From Nitrospirota bacterium (GTDB lineage: Bacteria > Nitrospirota > Nitrospiria > JACQCE01): DNA of 63,259 nt. Numbering within the stretch: position 1 is the stretch's first letter; each line of letters starts with the position of its first letter. The stretch covers positions 1 to 63,259 of the forward strand of contig JACQCE010000084.1 of the NCBI GenBank assembly GCA_016201765.1, in the 5' to 3' direction. The notes under the pieces were generated by a model. The model ran no database searches, was not told where the DNA came from, and saw only the letters and a list, made by a program, of their open reading frames with translations. Positions 45,241 through 53,015 of the stretch are shown one piece after another. The position numbers and the translations under genes were made by a program.

Positions 45241-45271
45241 GGCATCACCTCGATACAGGGGAGAAGAACAT

Positions 45272-45349
45272 CAGCGACCTCTTGCGTGTGAAGCAAGCGC
45301 TCTACCCTTCGTGGGAGGCCTCAGGGCAAGCCACTGAGCTAATCGCCCG
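45272..45349 (-). pseudogene. truncated tRNA-Val copy (positions 1 to about 52) with a 26-nt insertion in the D-loop and no T-arm
   Basis: CAGCGACCTCTTGCGTGTGAAGCAAGCGCTCTACC and ACTGAGCTAATCGCCCG are identical to 43441-43475 and 43476-43492 respectively. CTTCGTGGGAGGCCTCAGGGCAAGCC is inserted between them. Confidence 0.75.
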
Positions 45350-45374
45350 TCTTGATGGCTTGATTGGAGCGGTC

Positions 45375-45403
45375 ATTGTAATGAATGGCCGGAACGGTGT
45401 CAA
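45375..45403 (-). promoter_or_regulatory. sigma70 consensus promoter upstream of the broken tRNA-Val copy (now facing the cytochrome gene)
   Basis: Minus strand reads TTGACA-17 nt-TACAAT. Like the intact tRNA promoter, it is preceded by a GCATGCG string. Confidence 0.55.
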
Positions 45404-45418
45404 TCGCATGCCGTTGGC

Positions 45419-45557
45419 GGTAGTGGGTCAGTTTCACCGCAACCGGCTCAAAAATAGGGACACGTCCCAATTTCCTCGTGCGACGCACGGCACGCAACGA
45501 AATTGGGACGTGTCCCTATTTTTGCCACGGTGGAATCCAGCAAACTGACCCACTACC
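45419..45557. repeat. complete 139-bp palindromic repeat element (MITE/REP-like)
   Basis: 16-bp perfect terminal inverted repeats GGTAGTGGGTCAGTTT / AAACTGACCCACTACC. The inner 26-bp inverted repeat CAAAAATAGGGACACGTCCCAATTTC is itself centred on a near-palindrome. Confidence 0.85.
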
Positions 45558-45743
45558 CCGTTGGCACATTCAAAGCTGATCGGGGCCGTCTCTGGTCGTT
45601 CAAAAATGTGCGCCATGGAGCAAAACTGCCTATTTCAAATCGATGAAGGTCATGGTGACAACCTGAATGAACAGGAATTCAACCCATTGATTTTCCATTG
45701 CTTGAATACCCTCAAGCCATTCGGGTCCGCCAGGGCATGGTAC

Positions 45744-45759
45744 TGGCACATCCCTTGCT
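45744..45759 (+). promoter_or_regulatory. sigma54 (-24/-12)-type promoter candidate
   Basis: TGGCAC-ATCCC-TTGCT has exact consensus GG/GC spacing. It lies about 90 nt upstream of the riboswitch. Confidence 0.4.
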
Positions 45760-45847
45760 TCATTTCTATACCCGTGTGTGGTTTGCCTCTGCACACAGAG
45801 GATAGACAGCCGGTCCGCTCCCCCCGGAATCCGGGCCGGCTCATGAG

Positions 45848-45945
45848 ACACGCCACCGAAAGAGCAAACCCGTCGTAAGGCGGGGACGCAGAGCCACCGG
45901 TCCCGGACCGCCCTCACGGGATCGAGGAGCCGCCGAAGTGGATGT
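45848..45945 (+). promoter_or_regulatory. c-di-GMP-I (GEMM-I) riboswitch
   Basis: GCAAACC-CGTC-GTAA-GGCGG-GGACGCAGAGCCACCGG...GCCG compares with the Vc2 core GGCAAACC-hairpin(GAAA)-GGGACGCAAAGCCUCCGG. The P2 stem CCCGTC/GGCGGG is capped by a GNRA loop and a P3 stem follows. Confidence 0.75.
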
Positions 45946-45948
45946 GGG

Positions 45949-45991
45949 GAAAGCCCATTCGCCTCTGGTGAATGGGCTTTCCTTCTGTCTG
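45949..45991 (+). terminator. riboswitch expression-platform terminator
   Basis: 12-bp perfect stem GAAAGCCCATTC-9 nt-GAATGGGCTTTC followed by CTTCTGTCT. Confidence 0.6.
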
Positions 45992-46037
45992 AAATTGAAC
46001 ACGGGCACACCCTCAGAGCAGACCCCAAAAACACACA

Positions 46038-47591
46038 ATGCCACGACCGACCTCCGTGCAGCCCCATCCGGACGCCACCCTCCTGATTGTCGATGACGAT
46101 CCGGGCGTGCAACAGTCCTGCCGTCTCCTCCTCCGCCGGCAGGGTTACCGCACGCTCGAAGCGCAGGACGGCGCCACGGCGCTGTGCATGGTCAAAACGC
46201 ACCCGATCGATGTCTGCCTGATCGACCTGACGCTCCCCGACGGCCACGGGCTCGACCTGCTCGAACGGCTGCGCGAACTGCAACCGCAGGCGCTGGCCAT
46301 TGTGATCACGGGCGATCAGGAGCGCGCGCCTTTACTTCGCTCGCTGCAACTGGGCGTGAAAAATTACCTCCACAAACCGTTTGCCGCGGAACAACTGGTC
46401 CATATGGTCGATCACGCCATCGAGGAGGACCGGCAGGCGAAAAACCGCATCCGCGCGAATATCGTCGGCCCGCTGTTCGAACTGAGCGAACGGTTTCTCT
46501 CCGACATCGATTTGCACGCAACGTTCCAGGGCCTCGTCCAGATGGCCGCGCAGCAGACGGACGCGGACACGGCCTCGCTCATGGTGCTCGACGACTCGAC
46601 GCAGACGCTCGCGATCGAGGCGGCCGTCGGCCTGCCGGCGGACATTGTCGCCGCGGCGCGCCTCCGGCTGGGCGAGGGGATCGCCGGCTGGGTCGCCGCG
46701 ACGGGGGAACCGCTGATCCTGATTCCCGGCGTCTGCGCGCACGCGGATGTGCGGGGACGCCTGCTGCGCCGGGAGTTGACCGCAACGCTCTGCGTGCCCC
46801 TGCTGCGCAAGGACCGGGTGGTGGGAGTGCTCAACGTGGGCAAACACCGTCCCGGCGCCTCGTTCACACAGGGCGACATCGAGATGGTCTCGGTGCTCTG
46901 CCGGCAGGCGGCCGTGCTGGTCGACAACGTCCGGCTGTTCAACGAGGTGTCGGCAAAGGTCGGCGAGCTGGAAACCGCGCATTTCGACACGATCAAGGCG
47001 CTCGCCGGCGCGCTGGAGAGCAAGGATTTCTACACGCGCCACCACAGCGACCGCACCGTGGTCCACGCCGAACTGACCGGACAACGACTCGGTCTGTCGA
47101 TCGAGGAGCGGCTGCACCTGCGCTACGCCGCGATCCTGCACGACATCGGCAAGATCGGCATCCCGGAGACCATCCTCAACAAGCCGGCCCGTCTGACGGA
47201 GGAGGAATACGCGCTCATGAAGCGCCACCCGCTCATCGGCGCGGCCATCGTGGAGCACGTCGCCTTTTTACGCCCCGTGCTGCCGCTGATCCGCCACGAT
47301 CACGAACGGTGGGACGGCCTCGGCTATCCCGACGGGCTCCAGGGGGAGGCGATTCCCATCGGTGCGCGGATCATCGCCGTGGTGGACGCCTATGACGCCA
47401 TGGCGGTCGACCGGATCTATCGCAAAGCGCCGGGCCACGAGTTCGCGCTGTGTGAACTCCGCCGCTGCGCCGGCACACAGTTCGATCCCGCGGTGGTCGA
47501 GGCGTTTTTATCGATTGTCATGCACCCCGGTTCCGGGCCGCCGGCGACCGATCACGAACGCGGCGGCACGGGGGTGTTTTACCCCAACTGA
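46038..47591 (+). CDS. response regulator with REC-GAF-HD-GYP domains (c-di-GMP phosphodiesterase)
   Basis: REC (LLIVDDD..., CLIDLTLPDG, KPF), a GAF region, and HD-GYP (HHSDRT, LHDIGKIGIP, HHERWDGLGYPDGL). Confidence 0.85.
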   Translation: MPRPTSVQPHPDATLLIVDDDPGVQQSCRLLLRRQGYRTLEAQDGATALCMVKTHPIDVCLIDLTLPDGHGLDLLERLRELQPQALAIVITGDQERAPLLRSLQLGVKNYLHKPFAAEQLVHMVDHAIEEDRQAKNRIRANIVGPLFELSERFLSDIDLHATFQGLVQMAAQQTDADTASLMVLDDSTQTLAIEAAVGLPADIVAAARLRLGEGIAGWVAATGEPLILIPGVCAHADVRGRLLRRELTATLCVPLLRKDRVVGVLNVGKHRPGASFTQGDIEMVSVLCRQAAVLVDNVRLFNEVSAKVGELETAHFDTIKALAGALESKDFYTRHHSDRTVVHAELTGQRLGLSIEERLHLRYAAILHDIGKIGIPETILNKPARLTEEEYALMKRHPLIGAAIVEHVAFLRPVLPLIRHDHERWDGLGYPDGLQGEAIPIGARIIAVVDAYDAMAVDRIYRKAPGHEFALCELRRCAGTQFDPAVVEAFLSIVMHPGSGPPATDHERGGTGVFYPN

Positions 47592-48775
47592 ATCACCGCG
47601 CACTTCAAGTAATCCGTCTCGGGCACGGCCAGCAGCACCGGATGATCGACGCCCTGCCCCCGCCAGGCCAGCAACCGGGCCGGCCGACCCACATCCACCG
47701 CCGCCTCCAGCAGTAACGCGCGGAATAATTCCGGCTGCAGATGATAGGAGCAGGAGCAGGTCAGCAGAAAGCCGCCGGGCCGCAACAACTTCATCGCCCG
47801 CAGATTGATCTCCTTGTAGCCGCGCAGCGCGTCGGCCACCCGTGTCCGGCTTCTCACAAAAGAGGGCGGATCGAGGATCACCAGATCGAACCGCTCTTCG
47901 TCGTCGCTGCGCCGTTTCAGCTCATCAAAGAGATTGCCCGCGACGAACCGGCAGCGATCGGCCAGGCCGTTGGCGGCCGCGTGCGCCCGGGCCGCCGCCA
48001 CCGCATCCTCGGACAGATCGATGCCGACCACCTCGGCGGCGCCGGCGCGCGCCGCGTGCAAACTCCACAAGCCGGTATAGCAGGCGCCGTCCAGGACGCG
48101 ACCACCAGCCGCCAATCGATCAACCAGCGCGTAGTTGTCGGCCTGATCAAGATAAAGTCCCGTCTTCTGGCCGTTCAAACAATCCACCTGCACATCAAAA
48201 CCGAAGAGACGGAGCGAGACGACACCATCGTGCGCGCCGGCAAGCCATCGTTTCTCCTGCGGCAACCCCTCCTGCTTCCGGGCGTTGACCTCGTGGCGGG
48301 CCAGCATGGCGGCAGACCGGCAGAGCGATTGAAGAATCGGCGTGATCACCGGCAGCACGCGGTCGATGCCGGCGGTGAGCGCCTGCACGACCAGCAATTC
48401 GCCGTACCGGTCGACGATCAAACCCGGCAATCCATCCCCCTCGCTAAAGATGAGCCGGCAGGCGGGCGCATCCGGTTTCAATCGGGCGCGCAAGTCGATC
48501 GCCCGACGGATCCGGCCGGTCCACCACGCTTCGTCGATCGGTTCGTCCCGCCAGGTGAGCAATCGAACGAGAATGACCGAGGCCGGATTGGCGTAGCCGC
48601 GCCCGACGAAGCGGCCGCGATGATCGACCACGTCAACCAGGGCGCCGGGCTCCAGATCGGCCGGCACGGCAGCCACTTCGTTACGGTAGATCCAGGGATG
48701 GCCCGACAGCGGCCGGTCCGCCTCACCGGACTTGAGCGTCAGCGTGATGGTATGAGCACGCGCGGCGCGACTCAT
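47579..48775 (-). CDS. rlmI: class I SAM-dependent rRNA m5C methyltransferase (RlmI-like)
   Basis: PUA-like N-terminus (HPWIYRNEV), a SAM-binding region (VLDGACYTGLWSLHAA) and DLVILDPPSF. ATG 48775 follows the stop of the upstream gene. Confidence 0.75.
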   Translation of the reverse strand: MSRAARAHTITLTLKSGEADRPLSGHPWIYRNEVAAVPADLEPGALVDVVDHRGRFVGRGYANPASVILVRLLTWRDEPIDEAWWTGRIRRAIDLRARLKPDAPACRLIFSEGDGLPGLIVDRYGELLVVQALTAGIDRVLPVITPILQSLCRSAAMLARHEVNARKQEGLPQEKRWLAGAHDGVVSLRLFGFDVQVDCLNGQKTGLYLDQADNYALVDRLAAGGRVLDGACYTGLWSLHAARAGAAEVVGIDLSEDAVAAARAHAAANGLADRCRFVAGNLFDELKRRSDDEERFDLVILDPPSFVRSRTRVADALRGYKEINLRAMKLLRPGGFLLTCSCSYHLQPELFRALLLEAAVDVGRPARLLAWRGQGVDHPVLLAVPETDYLKCAVIQLG

Positions 48776-49662
48776 CCCGCCACCGTCAATACCACGCCCA
48801 GCAGCATGACCAGCGCGCCGGCCAGGCGTTGCACGATTCGAGGTTCGCCGAACCACCAGGCGCCGTAGGCCATGCCGAAGAGCATGCTCGTCCGCTTGAT
48901 CGCGATCATATAGGCCACGTTGGCCTGAACGATCGCCAGCACGTGCGCCACGATCGAGACGGCGTCAAACCCGCCGATCGCCATCAAGTCCCGGCGCCAC
49001 ACGGACGAGAGACCGCGCCATCCGATCGCAACGACGACCACCGGCAGAAACGCCAGCGCCAACGCCAGAAAATAGACGGCCGCAAAAAAGATCGGCCCGG
49101 AATGCAGGATCGCCTGCTTGCCAAGATTCGACGTCACGCTGTAAATCGCGGCCGCGGCCATCATGTAGCGGGAGCCCCGTTCCCGCCAGAGCAGCCGGAA
49201 CGGCTGCCACACCCCCTCGCGCCACGTGTGGCCGTGGAGCAGAAATGCGCCCAGCACAATGCACCCGATCCCCGCACCACCCACCATCGACGGGATTTCA
49301 CCCAGCATAACGGCCGAAGTGCCGAGCAGGAAGACCGGCGTCAGGGAGAGCAACGGCAGCGTGAGCGAGAGCGGCGACGCCTGCAATGCCTTCACATAGA
49401 AGACCAGCGCCAGCAACTCCAGCGGAATCATCACGACGAGCAGCCGCCAGAAGGTCCGATCGACCGGGGGGATTTCGATCAGCAACAACAGCGCCACCAG
49501 CCATGGCGCGGCGTAGAGCAAACGCGCCCACGCGGCCAGGTACGGCAGGGCCGCCGCATCGTGCGTCGTCGGCTCGCCATGCCGGCTGAAAAATTTTTTG
49601 ATCAGCGCGTCGGCCGTCGCCAGAGCAAATGCCGATAACAACGCATATCCGACCCATGCCAT
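48772..49662 (-). CDS. EamA/DMT-family transporter
   Basis: About 10 predicted TM helices arranged as two EamA-like halves. Confidence 0.75.
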   Translation of the reverse strand: MAWVGYALLSAFALATADALIKKFFSRHGEPTTHDAAALPYLAAWARLLYAAPWLVALLLLIEIPPVDRTFWRLLVVMIPLELLALVFYVKALQASPLSLTLPLLSLTPVFLLGTSAVMLGEIPSMVGGAGIGCIVLGAFLLHGHTWREGVWQPFRLLWRERGSRYMMAAAAIYSVTSNLGKQAILHSGPIFFAAVYFLALALAFLPVVVVAIGWRGLSSVWRRDLMAIGGFDAVSIVAHVLAIVQANVAYMIAIKRTSMLFGMAYGAWWFGEPRIVQRLAGALVMLLGVVLTVAG

Positions 49663-49700
49663 GGCGGGGGATCATAGCATGAATGGCGTTCGATTTCCCC

Positions 49701-49729
49701 TTGCAGCGGCGGAACAATCCCTCTATAAT
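49701..49729 (+). promoter_or_regulatory. sigma70 consensus promoter
   Basis: TTGCAG-17 nt-TATAAT. An in-frame GTG lies 7 nt after the -10 element. Confidence 0.55.
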
Positions 49730-49735
49730 GGCCCC

Positions 49736-49963
49736 GTGTCTGGTCGTGCCAAGCGTCGTCCCACGCGTCGAGCCAAACGGTCCGCACCGTCCTCCGCCGG
49801 CCGTTCCCATTCCTTTTTGACCAATTCAGAAGGCCAGCGGCGCGCCATCATTCTGGATATGAATTACTACCTGAAGCTCCTCGCGGAACTGCACACGCTG
49901 CGGGCGCAGTCCAAACAACGCGGCGCCGGCCCTTCACGGGGCGGGCGCCGGTCGTCCCGCTGA
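49736..49963 (+). CDS. small basic hypothetical protein, possibly translated from a leaderless mRNA
   Basis: GTG 49736 sits at the expected transcription start. VSGRAKRRPTRRAKR...QRRAIILDMNYYLKLLAEL faintly resembles a Phd/YefM antitoxin C-terminal region. Weak call. Confidence 0.3.
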   Translation: MSGRAKRRPTRRAKRSAPSSAGRSHSFLTNSEGQRRAIILDMNYYLKLLAELHTLRAQSKQRGAGPSRGGRRSSR

Positions 49964-49993
49964 ACCGTCGCCATTGATCGGAACGCTTTTCTT

Positions 49994-50929
49994 GTGAATA
50001 TTTTGGTGTTCGGTTATCAGACGATCGGCTGCGCCTGTCTGGAGGTGTTGTTGGAGGCCGGCGTGACCGTGGCCGGCGTGGTCACGGCGCCGGGTGAGCC
50101 CCCCTCCGACAAATGGTTTCGATCGATGCAGGAGCTGGCCCGCGCCCGGTCGCTTCGGTGTCTCATGCCGGAAAAGATCAATGACCCGGACGTGATCACA
50201 TCAATCCGGTCGCTCCGGTCCGATGCCTTCTTCCTGTTTGACTATCCGCAGCATGTCAACCCGGACCTGCTCGCACTGCCGCCGCGGGGCGCGATCAATC
50301 TGTACGCCACCCGGCTTCCCGAGTTTCCGGGCCATGCGCCGCACGTCCGGGCCGTCATGCACGGCGCCGCCGCCACGGGCGTCACGCTGCATGACATTGC
50401 GCCGGCCACGGCCGGGCTGATCGCCCGGCAGACGGTGCCGATCGGCTGGACCGACTCGGCCTATGAGGTCTACATCAAACAGGTCGCCGCGGCCGTGGAG
50501 CTGCTGCAACGCATGCTGCCCGATCTGCTCTCCGGCCAGGCCGTGCGGACGCCGTTGCCACCCGCGTCGACTCCGTCCTTCGGCCCGCTGAAACCGGAGG
50601 AGTGCCTGATCGATTGGAATCGGCCCGGAACAACGCTGTACAATCTGATTCGCGCCGTTACCCGCCCCTATCCGGGGGCCGTCACCGGCTTTCGTGGGCG
50701 GCGTTGCACGATCTGGAAGGCCGACGTCCGGCCCGCGCCGCAGACCGGCCGGCGGGCTTCGCCCGGACGCATCATGAAATTGGTGCCGTTCCAGGTCGAC
50801 ACCGGCGACGGCCTGCTGCGGCTTCGTGAGCTGCAACTGGAGGGAGAGCCGGCGATGACGAGCGACGCCTTTATCGAACAACATCAGGTCGCGGTCGGCG
50901 ACTCGTTTACAACGGAGGCATCCGTATGA
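49994..50929 (+). CDS. formyltransferase-fold protein (Fmt/ArnA-N-like), catalytic residues substituted
   Basis: Fmt-like N- and C-domains. The SLLP motif region reads INLYATRLPEFPG (His replaced by Tyr). The LDTG Asp position reads ATAG. Confidence 0.7.
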   Translation: MNILVFGYQTIGCACLEVLLEAGVTVAGVVTAPGEPPSDKWFRSMQELARARSLRCLMPEKINDPDVITSIRSLRSDAFFLFDYPQHVNPDLLALPPRGAINLYATRLPEFPGHAPHVRAVMHGAAATGVTLHDIAPATAGLIARQTVPIGWTDSAYEVYIKQVAAAVELLQRMLPDLLSGQAVRTPLPPASTPSFGPLKPEECLIDWNRPGTTLYNLIRAVTRPYPGAVTGFRGRRCTIWKADVRPAPQTGRRASPGRIMKLVPFQVDTGDGLLRLRELQLEGEPAMTSDAFIEQHQVAVGDSFTTEASV

Positions 50930-51198
50930 CTGTTGATTTCTGGTTGCTGATCGGCCTGGCCGGCCAGGGGCTCTTCTTCATGCGCTTCATCGTCCAGTGG
51001 ATTGTGTCCGAGCGACGGAAGGCCAGCGTCATCCCGGTGTCATTCTGGTACTGGAGCATCGGCGGCAGCCTGGTGTTGTTGTTCTACGCCGTCCACCAGC
51101 GCGATCCGGTCTTCATTCTCGGGCAATCGCTCGGCAGCGTCATTTATGTCCGCAACCTCATGCTGATCGGTCGACAGAATGCGCAACGGCCGGTTTGA
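50926..51198 (+). CDS. lipid-A-disaccharide synthase N-terminal domain (LAB_N) membrane protein
   Basis: 90 aa, 3 TM. FFMRFIVQWIVSERRKASVIPVSFWYWSIGGSLVLLFYAVHQRDPVFILGQ is the LAB_N pattern. Confidence 0.7.
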   Translation: MTVDFWLLIGLAGQGLFFMRFIVQWIVSERRKASVIPVSFWYWSIGGSLVLLFYAVHQRDPVFILGQSLGSVIYVRNLMLIGRQNAQRPV

Positions 51199-52849
51199 TG
51201 TCACGCCGCCGGCGGCTCACCGCCGGACGCTCATCGGCCTGTCGCTCTTTCTGTTGTTCCTCGGGCTGGTGCCGCGCGAACTATGGGGGGTTGATGAGCC
51301 GCTGGTCGGCACCATCATCCGCGAAATGCTGGTCGACGGCCAGTGGCTGGTTCCCCATCTGAACGGCGAGCTCTATGCCGAAAAACCGCCGCTCTATTTC
51401 TGGCTCTCCGCCCTGCCGGCCCTTCTGACCGGCACGTTGATCCCGTTGTGGATGCGGCTGCCTTCCACGCTCGCGGCGATCGGCTGTCTCTGGCTCACCT
51501 ATCGCATGGGCGTCCGGCTGTTCAACGCCCGAACCGGCCTGCTGGCCGCCGGGATCCTGGCCACCAGCCTGCTCTTCGCCCTGTCATCCCAGATCGCCCG
51601 GATGGACATGCCGCTCGTCTGGTGCATCATGGCCATTCTCTATTGTTTCATCCGGTTCATGCAGGAGGAGTCACCCGCCGCGGCGGATCGCTGGGCCCTG
51701 GCCATCTACCCGCTGGTCGGCCTGTCCTTTCTCACGAAGGGGCCGATCGGACCGGTGGTGCCGGCGTTCGTGATCGGCAGCGTGCTCCTCTGGCAGCGCG
51801 ACTGGCGGGGGGTGCTGCGTCTCCGCCCGATCGTCGGCCCCCTGCTGGCCTGCGCCGTCGTCCTCGTCTGGCTGATTCCGGCCGTGCGTCAGGAGGGCAT
51901 CGACTACGCCAAAATTCTGATTCTGCAGCAAAGCATCGGACGCGCCATCAGTTCGTTCTCACATGACCGGCCGTTTTATTATTACCTCTACACGTTCCCC
52001 GTCACGTTTCTGCCGTGGCTGCTGTTCCTCCCGGGCGCCTTCTGGTGGCTGTGGCGCCAACGCGACTCGCTCGGATGGCGCGGGGCCTATCTGGTCAGCT
52101 GGACAGTGGGGCTGTTTCTCTTCTTCACCGTCATGAGCGGCAAGCTGGTCATCTATCTGCTGCCGCTCTTTCCCGGCCTGGCGCTGATCATCGCCGCCTG
52201 GTGGGATTCATTTCTCGCCTCTCCCGACGCCGCAGGTGACGCCGCCGGAACAACCCCCGGGGAGACCCCAAAGAAAATCAACGACCCCCGGTGGCTGACT
52301 TGGCTCACCATCGCGTCCGTGGCGATCTTTCCGGTGGCCGCGATCGTGACCACCATCGGTCGATTTACCCCGCCTGAGATTCCATTCTGGCTGCCGTTGG
52401 TCACGGCCGGGGCAACCGTGCTGGCGGCCGTCATGGTGTTCCGTCGCTTCCGACAGCCGTTTCCCCTCCGGTTATTTGCCGCCTTGCTGATCGCGACCGG
52501 TCTGGCCCTGGGCGTGACGAGGGTCGCCATCATGTCGCTCGATGACGTGCAGTCCCCCACGCGACTGGGATTATTTCTGCGGGAGTACAAGAATGACGTG
52601 GAGGCGATGGCCATTTACAAAGTGCGGGCCGGCATGCTCAACTTTTACGCCGAACACCGGTTTGACCAGCTGGCCGAACCGGCCGACGTCCAGCGCTATC
52701 TGAACCGGCCGACGCCGGCGCTGTGCGTCATCGACTACCGGTCGCTGCCCAAGATCTGGACGGAGTTGCCGCCGGATCTGCGCGTGCTCAAGGAGGAGAA
52801 GATGGGCCGGCTGCGCCTGCTGGTCATCGCCAACGCCGCAGTGCGGTAA
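51179..52849 (+). CDS. GT39/GT83-family glycosyltransferase (ArnT/PMT-like)
   Basis: Polytopic membrane protein. DEPLVGTIIREM and YAEKPPLYFWL match ArnT/PMT family loop-1 motifs. Confidence 0.75.
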   Translation: MRNGRFDVTPPAAHRRTLIGLSLFLLFLGLVPRELWGVDEPLVGTIIREMLVDGQWLVPHLNGELYAEKPPLYFWLSALPALLTGTLIPLWMRLPSTLAAIGCLWLTYRMGVRLFNARTGLLAAGILATSLLFALSSQIARMDMPLVWCIMAILYCFIRFMQEESPAAADRWALAIYPLVGLSFLTKGPIGPVVPAFVIGSVLLWQRDWRGVLRLRPIVGPLLACAVVLVWLIPAVRQEGIDYAKILILQQSIGRAISSFSHDRPFYYYLYTFPVTFLPWLLFLPGAFWWLWRQRDSLGWRGAYLVSWTVGLFLFFTVMSGKLVIYLLPLFPGLALIIAAWWDSFLASPDAAGDAAGTTPGETPKKINDPRWLTWLTIASVAIFPVAAIVTTIGRFTPPEIPFWLPLVTAGATVLAAVMVFRRFRQPFPLRLFAALLIATGLALGVTRVAIMSLDDVQSPTRLGLFLREYKNDVEAMAIYKVRAGMLNFYAEHRFDQLAEPADVQRYLNRPTPALCVIDYRSLPKIWTELPPDLRVLKEEKMGRLRLLVIANAAVR

Positions 52850-52934
52850 CGCCGCGCTGGGCGCTTAGCCCCTATCAGGGTGCCGTGGGCCGGTGGGTTA
52901 TGAACGGTAGCTCAGGGCGTGGGGGCATTGCCAA

Positions 52935-52955
52935 CTCAAAAGCAGGGCTTTTGAG
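52935..52955. terminator. short hairpin between convergent genes
   Basis: CTCAAAAGC-AGG-GCTTTTGAG. Confidence 0.3.
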
Positions 52956-53015
52956 GAATTCAGCCGATGACACTTCCCTGCCCCTGCCGTACAGGCCCCC
53001 ACATTCAATGACCTG

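Noticed and set aside
22990-45557. Whether the repeated GGGACACGTCCC boxes or heptamer tracts could be a CRISPR array
   Set aside because: The copies are dispersed over 22 kb rather than regularly spaced with unique spacers. The units are palindromic MITE-like elements or 7-nt microsatellites, and no cas genes are present.
45561-46283. ORFs 45561-45878 (+) and 45630-46283 (-) in the tRNA-scar/riboswitch interval
   Set aside because: They overlap the sigma54-like motif, the GEMM-I aptamer and its terminator. They have no Shine-Dalgarno, no family resemblance and odd composition. The RNA element explains the region better.
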